Positions 1 to 11,510 of a DNA stretch of 64,000 nt are shown in pieces. Position numbers and translations under genes: made by a program. Positions within the stretch are counted from its first letter, which is position 1, and every line of letters starts with the position of its first letter. The notes under the pieces were generated by a model. The model saw nothing but the letters and a program-made list of their open reading frames with translations. It had not been told where the DNA came from and made no database searches. Origin of the DNA: Glaucostegus cemiculus (lineage: Eukaryota); assembly GCA_976551045.1 (NCBI GenBank), contig CDPCPM010000029.1:18228001-18292000 (forward strand), written 5' to 3'.

Positions 1-185
1 TTCCCTCTGTTCTCTGGTCCTCTCTTCTTTTCTGCAACTGAAAACATGCTTGTTTTCTTAGTTTTTCAGTTCTGGTGAAAGGTTCTTGACCTGAAATGTC
101 AACTCTCCTTGGATGCTGCGTAAATTGATTAGTGCTTCCAGCATTTTCAATTTTTGTTTTGGAATTTCAACAGTTGCAGTTTTTT
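1..185 (+). mobile_element. PLE-derived terminal fragment with degenerate hammerhead motif
   Basis: cagtt-CTGGTGA-aaggttcttgacct-GAAA-tgtc-aact at 67-104, followed by the family tail (gatgctgc...ttccagcatttt...atttcaacagttgcagt) also seen at the end of the PLE at 41050-41190. Confidence 0.6.
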
Positions 186-189
186 CTCC

Positions 190-395
190 AGCTGGGGATA
201 ATGCCCCAGTTTTATTTGAAATAATATCATGGGATCCTTTATCCTGAGAGAGCAATGTGGAGCCAACACCTCCAACAGTACAACATTCCTTTAGTACCAC
301 AGTGAAGTATTTTTGTGATCAAGATTTTGCGGTGGGACTTGAACTCACAACCTTCTGATCCAAAGGTATGAGTGCTGTCAACCAGGCCTTGGTCG
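190..395 (-). mobile_element. tRNA-headed SINE (Deu-domain/SacSINE1-like), degraded
   Basis: gtgggacttgaactcacaaccttctga is the reverse complement of a tRNA-like B-box head; the body resembles 56320-56630. Confidence 0.55.
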
Positions 396-3383
396 GACAT
401 CCCATTTTGATGATAATATCAGATATGTGATTTTGCCACTGCCACTCATTAAACAGTTCTTCCAATTATCAGTTCCTTTGGCTTCATTGGAAATAAAAAT
501 TAAACAGGATTAAAAAGGCCTGTCAATCACCTCCTGCCCCAGTATCATTCCAACCCAAATTTACCTCTAAGATTTTCCTACATTCCAATAGTGGCTGTAG
601 TTCAAATGTACTCATTGGTTATGAAGTGATTAGTGATGAAATTAAGTCATGAAGTTGCAATATAGAAACAAGTTCTTTTTTTCCACTTTAAGCTTGGAGA
701 AGGATTCACAGTGTGACGGACTTCACATCACATCAAGAACCCGTTACAGATTTTGTTTTGTGAGTCTGTGGCTTTGAGCGAATGTGTTTTACTGAGATGG
801 GTTGATCTTTTTAAAGAGCATGATGGGCAAGTCTTTTAAAAGATTGACCCTGTATATGTGGCTTCCATTACTGACATCACCCCATTGATTTCCTTCACAA
901 ATCAGAGCATGGTTCGTCAGATTTGCTTTGCTATTTAATCACAACAGAATTCTTGACATGTGTAGAGTTTTAATAATAGTTTATTTTAACCTGTGGTAGA
1001 CCTTGTGCAAATAGTGTAATAAGCAGTTCAAATACTCTGTAAAAATAGAAAGTATTAAATTTATTATGGCTGCAAAATTTGCTGAGGGCATTTGAGAACA
1101 GTCAAAGGGTTTGACTGGCCTTCTCCATTTCTCATTGTCTCAGTCCCTTGATAATAACTGTCAAATTGTGTTGAAATTAATCACTAGAAGGTTACCAACC
1201 ATATCACTTATGCATTCCAATGAAATTATATATATTTTCTGATTTTGTTAAAACAGCAGAGAGAGGAGTTTCAGGCTTCCATTTTATTTAACAAGACAAC
1301 AAACTTTCAGAAGCACTTTACTGGGCTGGTAATTTCAGGAGTGGTTTTGGGGAGTGCGGGCTGTCCTATGCAGAATTGTTGGCATTTTTTGACATCAGAA
1401 CCACCTAGCTACAGATGCATGCATGGAAGTTTAAGTCCCAAACCTGCTGCCTGAGCTTCACTGCCAACTCCCAGAATGGAATCACGTTGGAATCCAGTGG
1501 CAGGGCCTAAATTTTTTGCCAACCTGCTGCTGGATCTGGTGGAGGAGCAATGAATCCTCTCATTGGGTTGAAGACTGCAAGGTAAGGGTATTAGGTAATT
1601 CGTGTTTAACATTTCCTTACATTAACTGAATATCTAGCAATGGCTTTAATGGTTTGAAATGTTTTTGTATTTTAGGTGATAAATTATTTTCATTAAAAAA
1701 TGATTATTTGATTTTTTAAATAGGTTTTAAATGTGCCTAAACGTCCTTGCATGGCTTAAAAGGCCCAATCACACAGCTGTATTTTCATCAGGTCACAACC
1801 TGGTCTTGTCCAGGCCAGCCGATGTCACAGGAACCATTGTTCAAGACCCTGCTCCATTTTAGATTGGGACAATTACAGCTGGATGTGGAAAAGGAAGGTG
1901 TGTACCTGGTACATATGTCATCAGGAAGGATGGGTGAATCAATGCTATTGGCACACTCTGGCTGATTATATGGTGGAGTCACAACTTTCAAATTTCTGAC
2001 TGAGAACCAAGATGGTTATTAGCTCATCCAAAGCTGCCAGAGTAAACATTCCAGACCTCCCAATGCCCCCCTCATACATGCATCCACTTATCATCTTGTT
2101 TAGGGACAGCTGGCAGAAGTGCATTTATTAAATGTTGGGTCTGCTAAATGTTTGTGTCGTAATTGTTCTTTGGGAGTACTTAAAATGGGGGAGATTGAAT
2201 CAACAGCTCAGTTTATACACTGCCCAGTTTCCATGGCCTCTCAGTATATTATCCTCTCTAACTGGGGTAAGTGCTGAAGATCAACTTCACCTCATTAGAC
2301 CAAGTACAATTGTTTGCCTCTTTAAACAACGATAGGAACAGAACACGCTGTTTCAAACTGTTAATGTACATCTTGAAAGTAATTAAAAATTCACTAATCC
2401 TAGGAACTTTAGCAACATTCTTTAAGCAGGCTGTGTTCAGGGAGAGTGAGCTGTGTTTCTTATTAGTATATAGTAGATTTTCTTGTCAACAGTTATTATT
2501 CAGCATTGACTATCCAGTTTTGTTTTAAGAGATCTTCACACAGACCTAAGTTTCCCACTGGCCATGTTACATAAAACTCTGGAACAGCCAGTATCTCAGA
2601 CAGTTTCTTCAGAGAGAGAAGTAGAGTTAAAGTTTCATGTTGATGATTTTGCACTGGTATTTTAATTCCAGGAACTAATCATGATTTTAATTCCTAAAAT
2701 GATGATGGCATTTGAGAAATTGGGTAAAATCCCAGATGGTATATTTATGAAAAAAACATGAATGAACAGGACATCCACATGATTACATTTGTAGACCCCA
2801 TCAAAATAAGGATAATGTTGGAAAAGGAAATACTCTCCAGTATTACATTGGGGAAGGCTCCTTTACTTCTTGGCACTCATGATTTTAAACTTAAAATCCA
2901 GGGATGGGTGCCAAGTGACAATTCCCAGTTAACACAAGTGCTCCCAGTGGTAAACCGTCGCTAACTGTGAGTGCATCGGAATTATAGAAGTCACAACTGC
3001 CAAGTGAGGTGCTGCCCACTGTGTGTTTTGCAAAATTCTTCACTCTATTTCTCACTGTTTCCAGTGAATGGAAATAAATATTAGCACTGGAAAGAAAAAG
3101 AGTTCTGACCAATCAACTTCTGGCTTGCAACTTCTTCCCAAAAACTTATCAACTGATATTTTTATAAAGGAATTGCCAAATTTGCTAACAGTTGATTAAT
3201 ACACAGAAACAATGCACTGCACTGCTCAGGCAACAACTGTCTTCTACTGCTGCATCTTCCTTCAATGTTGCTGGGATATGATTAAAATATTTCTGGTGCC
3301 TTCAGAAACATTCAATACCAATATAAGGATTATATTTGTTAACTGCATGGTGCTTCTGCTGTTTAACACACAGGGTAGTTCTG

Positions 3384-3538
3384 CGGAGAGACAAGAGATT
3401 GCAGATGTGGGAACCCGGAGCAACAATCTAGACTGATGCAGGGTTTCAAGCCGAAACATTGACAATTCATTCCCCCACCCCACCCACAGATGCTGCTTGA
3501 CCCGCTGAGTTCCTCCAGCAGATTCCTTGTTGCTCCGA
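3384..3538 (+). mobile_element. Short non-autonomous PLE-derived element with hammerhead-like motif
   Basis: Starts agagacaagagattgcagatgtgggaacccggagcaacaa and ends ttgttgctccg; motif CTGATGC-agggtttcaagcc-GAAA-catt at 3433-3460; degenerate TSD ggtagttctg (3374-3383) / ggtatttctg (3539-3548). Confidence 0.75.
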
Positions 3539-3699
3539 GGTATTTCTGTTGTTGTAGCTTCACCAGATTGAAACCTCTTTTGGGTAAGCCTGATCTACTC
3601 CTGATCCTGTGTCCCTCATTGAACTGGAGTTTGTCCCCTGGTTTGATGGCAGTGAAAGAGTGAAGGACCAGACAAGGACTGGTTGAGACTGATTCAGTT

Positions 3700-3965
3700 C
3701 CTCTCCAGCTGATGGTCCACAGCAGCTCATGGGTAGTAAATTTTGAGCTATTAGATCTATTCTGAATCCATTCCATTTAGCACGGTGGTAGCATTACAAA
3801 GGACGATGGAGGGTATCATTAGTTTAAAGGCAGGACTACATCTCAATCTTATCAATATTGCAAGCAGAGATGCAGCAGTAATGGAGATTAATCACAATGA
3901 GGTCAAGTATGTTTTTTGCTTGTGTTGGTTATGTCACCAATTTCCAAAGAACTAGCTTGCTCATC
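3700..3965 (-). mobile_element. Old CR1-group LINE, endonuclease/linker fragment
   Basis: Minus-strand translation gives PTQAKNILDLIVINL ... DTLHRPL*CYHRAKWNGFRIDLIAQNLLPMSCCGPSA, matching the LINE APE C-terminal 'PTR..N.LDL.LTN' motif and following linker. Confidence 0.65.
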
Positions 3966-5120
3966 CCTTCATGCTAAGCCCTTGGGTTAGAGATAAAGCA
4001 AGAGGAAGTGGAAGATATGAAAGAATATTATTCTCAAAAAACAATCTCATGAAGCACAGATACAAAGCTGCTTGTGGTTCCTTATTCATTTCTAAAGTTG
4101 GCAGTTTGATTCTAAGAGCCATTTATTGATGCAGTGTTTTCTTTTGAATCCATCTGTTTTATCCAACTGCAGGGAGCGGAACAGTGTAACTGAAGACTTG
4201 GACTTGAATACACCAAAGTGAATCAGGCAATGAAATGCAAAAACTGCTCCCAGATCAGGTTTATTGTTTTAATTCTGTCACTTGGCTGTTAGTTTTACAA
4301 CAAGGTACTCATTGTGAAAGGGAACATTGTGATCCAGAGAATGTTTTTATAGAACTTCTAATAGATGCAAAATTCTGGCCTGCCTCATTCCTTTTCGTAC
4401 ATTAGATTGATGCAGCAAAAGGCAATTATTAACAAGCATACCTCTCCTGACGCTATCAATTTCTGTGAGCAAATATGGCTCAATAATTTAAAAAGCAGTA
4501 CCCAATCAAAAAGAAGGTACAGAAACTTTTTATGTGGATATGATGCTGTTGAGATTGTACTCTGCTATTAGAGAGCCATATGCTTGTTGCAAGGTGCACT
4601 GGTGGCTTGAATGTGGGCTTGTTACTGCAGCCTTTACCCTGAGCCCTTGGGCACTACTGAGCCATTGTTGCACTGTTGCCTTGTACATTGCAGAGCACAC
4701 TATCAGCTACCGAGGCTGGGTCTGGGCAGAGTCAGGAGGAGCTGGTGGACCAGCATTTGGAGACCAGATCAAGATTAGATAGGGCTGGTTAAGTCACCCA
4801 TCTAAGAGCCTGGTGGGGTTGTGGGCAGGGTGAGGTAGGTGGGGGAGGTTATTGCTGAGTGGGGGCAAAGATCAGGACTATGAGAGTTAGGGGTGGGTTG
4901 TTGGTAATCAAGCTATCGGAGGTACCATCAGGGGGTCAGAGAGAGTGTGGACCTGGAGGTCTCAGGGGACTGGAGGAGGATCTTGGGGAATGGAGGATGC
5001 TGGCCTTGGAGGACTGGAGTATGGGGAGGCATCAGATGATTGGAGGAGGATTAGGTCTATTGAAAGATCCTGACTTTAGAGAGTTGTGATATCTTTGAGG
5101 GATTGAGGCTTTTATGGAAT

Positions 5121-5356
5121 AATTGGTTATTGGTTTATTATTGTCACATACCAAGGTACAGTGAAAAATGTCTTGCACACCATTCATACAGATTCAATTC
5201 ATTACACAGTGCAGATACATTGAGTTAGTACAGAGTGCATTGAGGTAGTACAGGTAAAAACAGTAACAGAGTGTGGAGTAAAGTGTCACAACTCTCTGCA
5301 GTTTCTTGCAGTCCTGGAAAGAACATTGCCATATCAAGCCATGATGCATCCAGATA
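5121..5356 (-). mobile_element. Rex1/Babar LINE 3' fragment (continues at about 6619-6680)
   Basis: Reverse 3' tail ggtttattattgtcacataccaaggtacagtgaaaaa plus 'CKKLQRV' peptide; 6619-6680 is the upstream part of a minus-strand copy (KKAHQRLYFLRRLKKFGM). Confidence 0.75.
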
Positions 5357-5394
5357 GTGAGTGTCCCAGACAGATTGGGACACTCACCAAAACA

Positions 5395-6618
5395 AAACAA
5401 AAACTGTCAACAAAACAAAAGAGCTGGTCATTGACTTCAGGAAAGGGGGCAGCGTACATGCACCTGTCTACATCAATGGTGCTGAGGTCAAGAGGGTTGA
5501 GAGCTTCAAGTTCCTGGGAGTGAACATCACCAACAGCCTGTCCTGGTCAAATCACATAGATGCCACAACCAAGAAAGCTCACCCACACCTCTACTTCATC
5601 AAGAGGCTAAAGAAATTTGGATTGTCCCCCTTGGCTTTATGCACCATAGAAAACATCCTGTCTGGATGTATCTGTCACAATGTTGATTGAAAAGCAAGAT
5701 CACAGAGAACCCAAATGCAGCACACTGGTACAAGACTGGAGTCAGGATACTTCCTCAGGACTGGACACAGGCAACACTGGAAGGAAATCTTGCCTCAGAG
5801 AGCTGAGTAGTAATCCCACCACAAACTGAATCTTCAAGCAGGACTAGAGAACACAGGACTGCTCTGGAGTAGACCACTCTAAGCAGCTAGGAACCAAACT
5901 GAATCTTCACAGTTGACCAATCTTCTGGCACTAGTGCTAGAGAAACCCAGGTACTTATGCTAGGCCCCTGATGGGGCTCAGGTGTGTGTCATTATGCCAT
6001 CAGTCCAGCATGGAATCCATGTGCTGTACAACGAGGCAGCTAAGGAACCAAATCAAGGGCCAGTACTCAGAATCATGACAGTATCACAGCTTGATATGGC
6101 AACTGCTCTGCGCAGATCTGCAAGAAACTGCAGAGAGTTATGGACACAGCCCAGTGCATCACGGACACTAGCCTCCCCTCCTTGGACTCTGTCTTTACCT
6201 CTCGTTGTCTTAGCGACCACCCCACCCACCCAAGACATCCTCTCTTCTCTCCTCTACCATAGGGTAGAAGATACAGGAGCCTGAGGGCATGTACCACCAG
6301 ACTTAAGGACAGCTTCTACCGCACTGTGATAAGAGTATTGCATGTTTCCCTTATACAATGAGATGAACTATGACTTCACAGTCTACTTTGTTGTGACTTT
6401 GCACCTTATTGCACTGCACTTTCTCTGTAGCTGTGACACTTTACTCTGTACTTTTATTGTTTTTACTGTTACTGTTTTTACGTGTACTACATCAATGCAC
6501 TCTGTACTAACCCAAAGTAACTGCACTGTATAATGAACTGACCTGTATGATCGGTATACAAGTTTTTCACTGTACCTCAGTACAAGTGACAATAATAAAC
6601 CAATACCAATACCAATAC
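5395..6618 (+). mobile_element. Rex1/Babar LINE 3' part, interrupted by a solo LTR
   Basis: KTKELVIDFRKGG...VYINGAEVKRVESFKFLGVNITNSLSWSNHID...TIENILSGCI | TA*YGNCSAQICKKLQRV; 3' tail ...gtgacaataataaac followed by (caatac)3. Confidence 0.85.
5673..6080. mobile_element. Solo LTR (408 bp), probably Gypsy-type
   Basis: Begins TGTCA and ends TGACA; exact 5-bp TSD GTATC at 5668-5672 and 6081-6085; removing it restores the Rex1 reading context. Confidence 0.85.
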
Positions 6619-9616
6619 ATGCCAAATTTCTTTAGCCTCCTGAGGAAGTAGAGGCGCTGGTGAGCTTTCTTGGTGATTAATCAGTGGTGGGGTGTAGGGG
6701 ACGATTGCTGAAGAAGTGGAGGTAAATTTAGAGCTCCTCTTAGAGGTCCAGCCTGCCACAGTTCTAGGGAAGTACCACTGGGAGTGCCCAGTATCAGGTA
6801 CTTCCAGGATAACATGGTCTAAATTTTCTGGCAACCAATAATGACACTTGATGCCATTTGATTTGTGCCAGATGTGGCAGGTGTAAGTGTAGCTCATACC
6901 TGAAAGTGCCCAAGTAAAATTCTAGGGTGACACAAATAGACCCAGGAGTTATTGTTATTGCTCCAGTCTGGATAAAGCACATTTATAATTTTCAGGGTAA
7001 ATAAATCTGAAATAATCTGAAATAAATCAGATTACTACCAGAATTATCTTCTGGTAAGTATCAGCACCTTTGGAAAACTGAAGGTAGCAGAGGAAAATTT
7101 GAAAGGGAATTGTCTTAGGAGTTCATATGTGTTTTAGTCTAAAGACATAACCCCAATCTTTCAATAGCAGGGCACGAAAGAGCAAATCAGTTAAATGAAG
7201 AGGTCTCCTTGGTTTGACATAATCCTTGGACCATGTACCCAAAATCTAATGGGAAACTTTTGAAAAAAGTATTTGGATTTTTAAAGTGTCACTCTTACTT
7301 TAAACAAACAACAATATTAAAATAATCACTTCTCATGCTCTATAGCATTTTGTAATAAAGTCATTATAATTAACTGCAATATTTAAAGAAAACCTCAGTA
7401 TTCGAAGTTTAAATAGTACATATTTCAAAATATTTGAGAAATTGGGCATGCTGAGCGTGAGGAGGAAACAGGAAGTGTCTTGTGTGGAGGAATTAGTACA
7501 CCTGCTGTGTTCTTTTGGCAGTGGTTCCTCAGAACCTTCCAAATTGTTTCTTTCATCTTCCTTGGAATCACCTCTTCATTTTCCTCCACCTTCTCAGATA
7601 TCACAAAGGGTTCTTCACCTGAGAGGGCACCCATTGCAGGGGAAACACATTTATCTGTAATGTCATGAAAATTAGAATCAGGAAACAACATCTTTCTAAC
7701 CAGCTTTTCATAAGGATCTAATACTTTAACAGACTACTGCCATAGAGGTCAGTATCAATTCTCTGGTCAAATATATGCACTGCAGATACAAGAAGACAAT
7801 GAGCAAAAATGTGCATAAAATATAATACTACATTAGTATCTAGCTAATCTACACCACATGTGTCCGACATCTGTTTATAGTATTCCTCCACTGAAGTCAA
7901 TAGAATTTGAGCTGCCTGTGGAATTTTTTCATTTTCCCTTTAGTACTTGTTAGATTACAAACCTTCTTATTGATTTTTTTAAAAAAATAGCTATTCTTTA
8001 TTTTTATCCTTGCCTTAAATTTGTACCTGGTCATCTTGTGTAAACATTTTCCTTCAATCTTTTGTGTTTTGTTTCAAGTGAAATACAACAAAAAAAGCTT
8101 ATACTTTTAGATCTTTCTGTCATGGCATTGCAGTGATGTCTGAAGTTAATTTCAGATGCTCGTAATGTATTCCTATCCTGGAATTTTCTCTGATTAAACC
8201 CTGTAGTGAGTTTAGAATTCCAGATCATTTCAAAGCATATCAAATATTAAGTGGTTAAGTTTTTAGGTGGTAGATCAGTAAATTTTTAATTAACCAAGTT
8301 GGATTATCTTTGGCAATGAATTGTGAAGTAAGAATGTGGCCCACGCAGCCATATGCGCTGTTCAGTGCCATAACTGGCTTACCAGAGCCAGGCAAGATGC
8401 TTCCCTGCCAGCTTACTATCAATATGCTTACTGTTGAAAGGTTGTTTTCCCTGTTCCATTGATAAATTACTGTAAGTTAGTTGATATTGAAAATGATTTT
8501 ATTAATGACATGTGAAACTTATAACTTCAATTTTGCAACCACAGTGTTGTACAGCAGCAAAAGTGGGTAGAAGTTTATTACTTCTTTTCCGTTCTAAGTG
8601 TTTATTTAACTTTTGATATTACTATTTAGGCCACATTTTTTCAAGAGTTAGGAGTTCAAATCTAAAAGAAAGTCTTTGTTTTCAGCTGTCAAGAGATTTT
8701 CATAAAGATAGGCAAGATTCTCACGTGTATTATTTCAGATTTTGTTACTGGTTCAAATAATTTTGCTTTGTCATGTAACATTCCAGGACTACATACCCAG
8801 GTCAATGCTTGAGCTTCACTTTCTACCTGCTCAACTCAAGATGATTGATGCAGACTCACAGCTGGGACTGATTAAAGGTCAGTCTAGCTGTAGAGGAGAA
8901 AGGGGAATGTTGGATAACATCTCCTGCAGGTATCCATCTTAAAACTAGGTTAAACAAAAGGAATCAATTAGTAAAGAGTGTGAATGAAAGATATATGGCT
9001 TTGATGAATAGCCTCTGCCTTTGGCCCCAAACAATTCTGCAGTACTGTTTCCACGGCACTAAACTCAACAAACATACATAAACACACATGAGAAACCATG
9101 ATTTCTACGTATTGGGCAATTGCAAAGCTTACTTAGAAAGAGCTTGTTTTAACAGGAAAAGCAGGCAAGTTGACTCATCTTTGGTCTATTTCAGTGTGAT
9201 TTCTTTTCCCTCAGTTGCATCTCTATACCAATCTATAGTCAAATCTCTTGTCAATCCTTCACTCTGCACCTCCACAAAAGAGAGTATTCTGTCATTAATT
9301 AGCAGTGGCAAGCTAGAGGATGAAATCCACATAAGTTCTCAGTACGATTTCTTGCTATTAATTTGTTTGTTTTATGTGATGTACCTGTGCATTCTGGTAT
9401 ATAAATAATTTGGTGTGGGAATTGGTCAGATGCAACCTACCTTTCCAGGGCTGACCCCATTGGAACTTGCGAGGTGACTGAGAGAGAAGCTCCCATCTTG
9501 ATGAAGCAGGTGGGCACATTCCTCTCATCAGCCTGTCTCGTTGACTCCTGTTTCAGCAACACATGCAGACGTTGTTTAAAAATCTTTTGTTTTCTTCCTC
9601 CCTAAATCTTCACATC

Positions 9617-10030
9617 AAGGCCTTTTCTCCTTGGAGAGAAGGAGGATGAGGGGTGACCTGACAGAGGTATATAAGATGATGAGAGGTATTGATCGGGTAG
9701 ATAGTCAGAGGATTTTCCCCAGGGCTGAAATGGTGGCCACAAGAGGACATTGGTTTAAGGTGCTGGGGAGTAGATATAGAGGAGATATCAGGGGTAAGTT
9801 TTTTACTCAGAGAGTGGTGAGTGTGTGGAATGGGCTGCCGAAAGCAGTGGTGGAGGCGGATACGATAGGGTCTTTCAAGAGACTGTTAGATAGGTACATG
9901 GAGCTAAGTAAACTAGAGGGCTATGGGAATGCCCAGTAATTTCTAGTGTAGGGACACGTTCGGCACAGCTTTGTGGGCCGAAGGGCCTGAATTGTGCTGT
10001 AGTTTTTCTATGTTCTATGTTCTGTGTTCT
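9617..10030 (+). mobile_element. CR1 LINE 3' end (ORF2 C-terminus and 3' UTR)
   Basis: LERRRMRGDLTEVYKMMRGIDRVDSQRIFP...TRGHWFKV...FFTQRVVSVWNGLP...FKRLLDRYM; tail gggccgaagggcctg...(ttctatg)n. Confidence 0.92.
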
Positions 10031-10249
10031 ATACATTTCCAAGGTGATTGAGATAGCCAGAGGCTTGTTGCCCAACTGAAAATTTGACGCCTATCTGCAA
10101 AAAATAAGTTATTGTTATAAATTGCAGGTTAACAGACTTTATTCCCCCTACTCTCTTTGCACAGAATTGCTTGGGCTTTACTTGGAACCTCTTGGCAATG
10201 GCACAGCACATGCCAGCCCTCACCATATAGAGAAAGACGACTGTAGATC

Positions 10250-10546
10250 TGCAATAGTGTAGCACTAGTATAATGCTATTACAGTGCAAGTGGCCCCAGT
10301 TCAATTCCCGCCGCTGTCTGTAAGGAGTTTGTACGTTCTCCCTGTGTCCGTGTGGGCTTCCTCCGGGTGCTCCGGTTTCCTCCCACATTCCAATGATGTA
10401 TGGGTAAGGAAGTTGTGGGCATGCTATGTTGGCGCCGGAAGTGTACTGACACTTGTGGGCTGTCCCCAGAACACTCTACACAAAAGATGCATTTCACTGT
10501 GTGTTTCGATGTACATGTGACTAATAAAGAAATCTTATCTTATCTT
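10250..10546 (+). mobile_element. V-domain tRNA SINE with Rex1-like 3' tail
   Basis: B-box-like gttcaattcc; V-domain-like core ggagtttgtacgttctccctgtgtccgtgtgggcttcctccgggtgctccggtttcctcccacattcca; tail tttcactgtgtgtttcgatgtacatgtgactaataaag then (atctt)n. Confidence 0.85.
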
Positions 10547-10559
10547 AGCACAAAACTCC

Positions 10560-11510
10560 AAGCAAGCTTGGTACAGTATGGAGTGAGGCACTTTAGCCTT
10601 GAGAATCCACTTTGGCCACCATGATATCTGATTGAGGTTGGAGAAGCAGCGTGGGCAATCCAATGCCTGTTCACACTTCTAGATAGTGTCCCCAGCCCAA
10701 CTGTTTCTTGCTGCATCAGCAATGACCTTCCTTCCACCATCAGGTCAGAAGGTGTTCACTGATGAACGCACCATGTTCAGTTCCACTCAAAATCGCTCAC
10801 TGTATGAATCAGCCCATGGCTACATGCAACAGGGGCTATTCAAGATTCAGGTATAGGCTGATGAGTAGTGATATTCATGCCACAAGAATTCCAGGCAATG
10901 AACATATCTGACACGATAGAATGATGAATGATAGAGAAATGGAGGGCTACGTGGGAGGGAAGGGTTAGATAGATCTCAGAGCAGGATAAAATGTCGGCAC
11001 AACATCGTGGGCCGAAGGGCCTGTACTTTGCTATAAAGTCCTATGTTCTGTGATAGAGCCTATTTGCCTTAGATGTCTAAAGGCTGAACCCACCCTTATC
11101 TACTTGGCCAGAAACTCAGCTGGACCAGTCACATAAATACTGTAACCATAAGAATCAGTCAGAGGCTAGATTCTAGGCTAGAATGCTCAGCACCCTGAGC
11201 ATTCATTCCCTCCAACACCAGCGCACAGTATCTGCAGTGCAGTTACTCACTCAAGCTACTCCGAAAGCACCCTCCAAGCTTGCAATCTCTACCACCAGCC
11301 AGGACAAGGCCAGCAGATATATAGGAACAATACCATCTGCAGATTTCTCACCAAGTCACACTGCACCCTGACTTGGAAATCTGTCACTGGTTCTCCATCA
11401 TTTCTGGGTCTAAGTGCTGGAACTCTCAGCCCAATGACACTGTGGGGAGTACCTCCACCAGAAGGACATCAATGGTTCAAGAAAGCAGCTCACCACCACC
11501 TTTTCATGGA
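10560..11510 (+). mobile_element. Old CR1-group LINE RT/3' fragments
   Basis: SVPSPTVSCCISNDLPSTIRSE..FTDERTMFS resembles the RT 'GSVLGP..F..INDLP...FADD' motif; continues after the 10925-11052 insert to ...ttcaagaaagcagctcaccaccacctt. Confidence 0.65.
10925..11052 (+). mobile_element. CR1 3' tail inserted into an older LINE
   Basis: atggagggctacgtgggagggaagggttagatag...gtcggcacaacatcgtgggccgaagggcctgtac...ctatgttc. Confidence 0.75.

Noticed and set aside
7425-7691. Charged, exon-like ORF (GEEPFVISEKVEENEEVIPRKMKE...)
   Set aside because: No recognisable homology, weak splice signals and no partner exons.
10250-10320. tRNA gene candidates (also 21030-21100, 41990-42057, 60420-60490)
   Set aside because: These are tRNA-derived SINE heads continuous with SINE bodies, with no complete cloverleaf.
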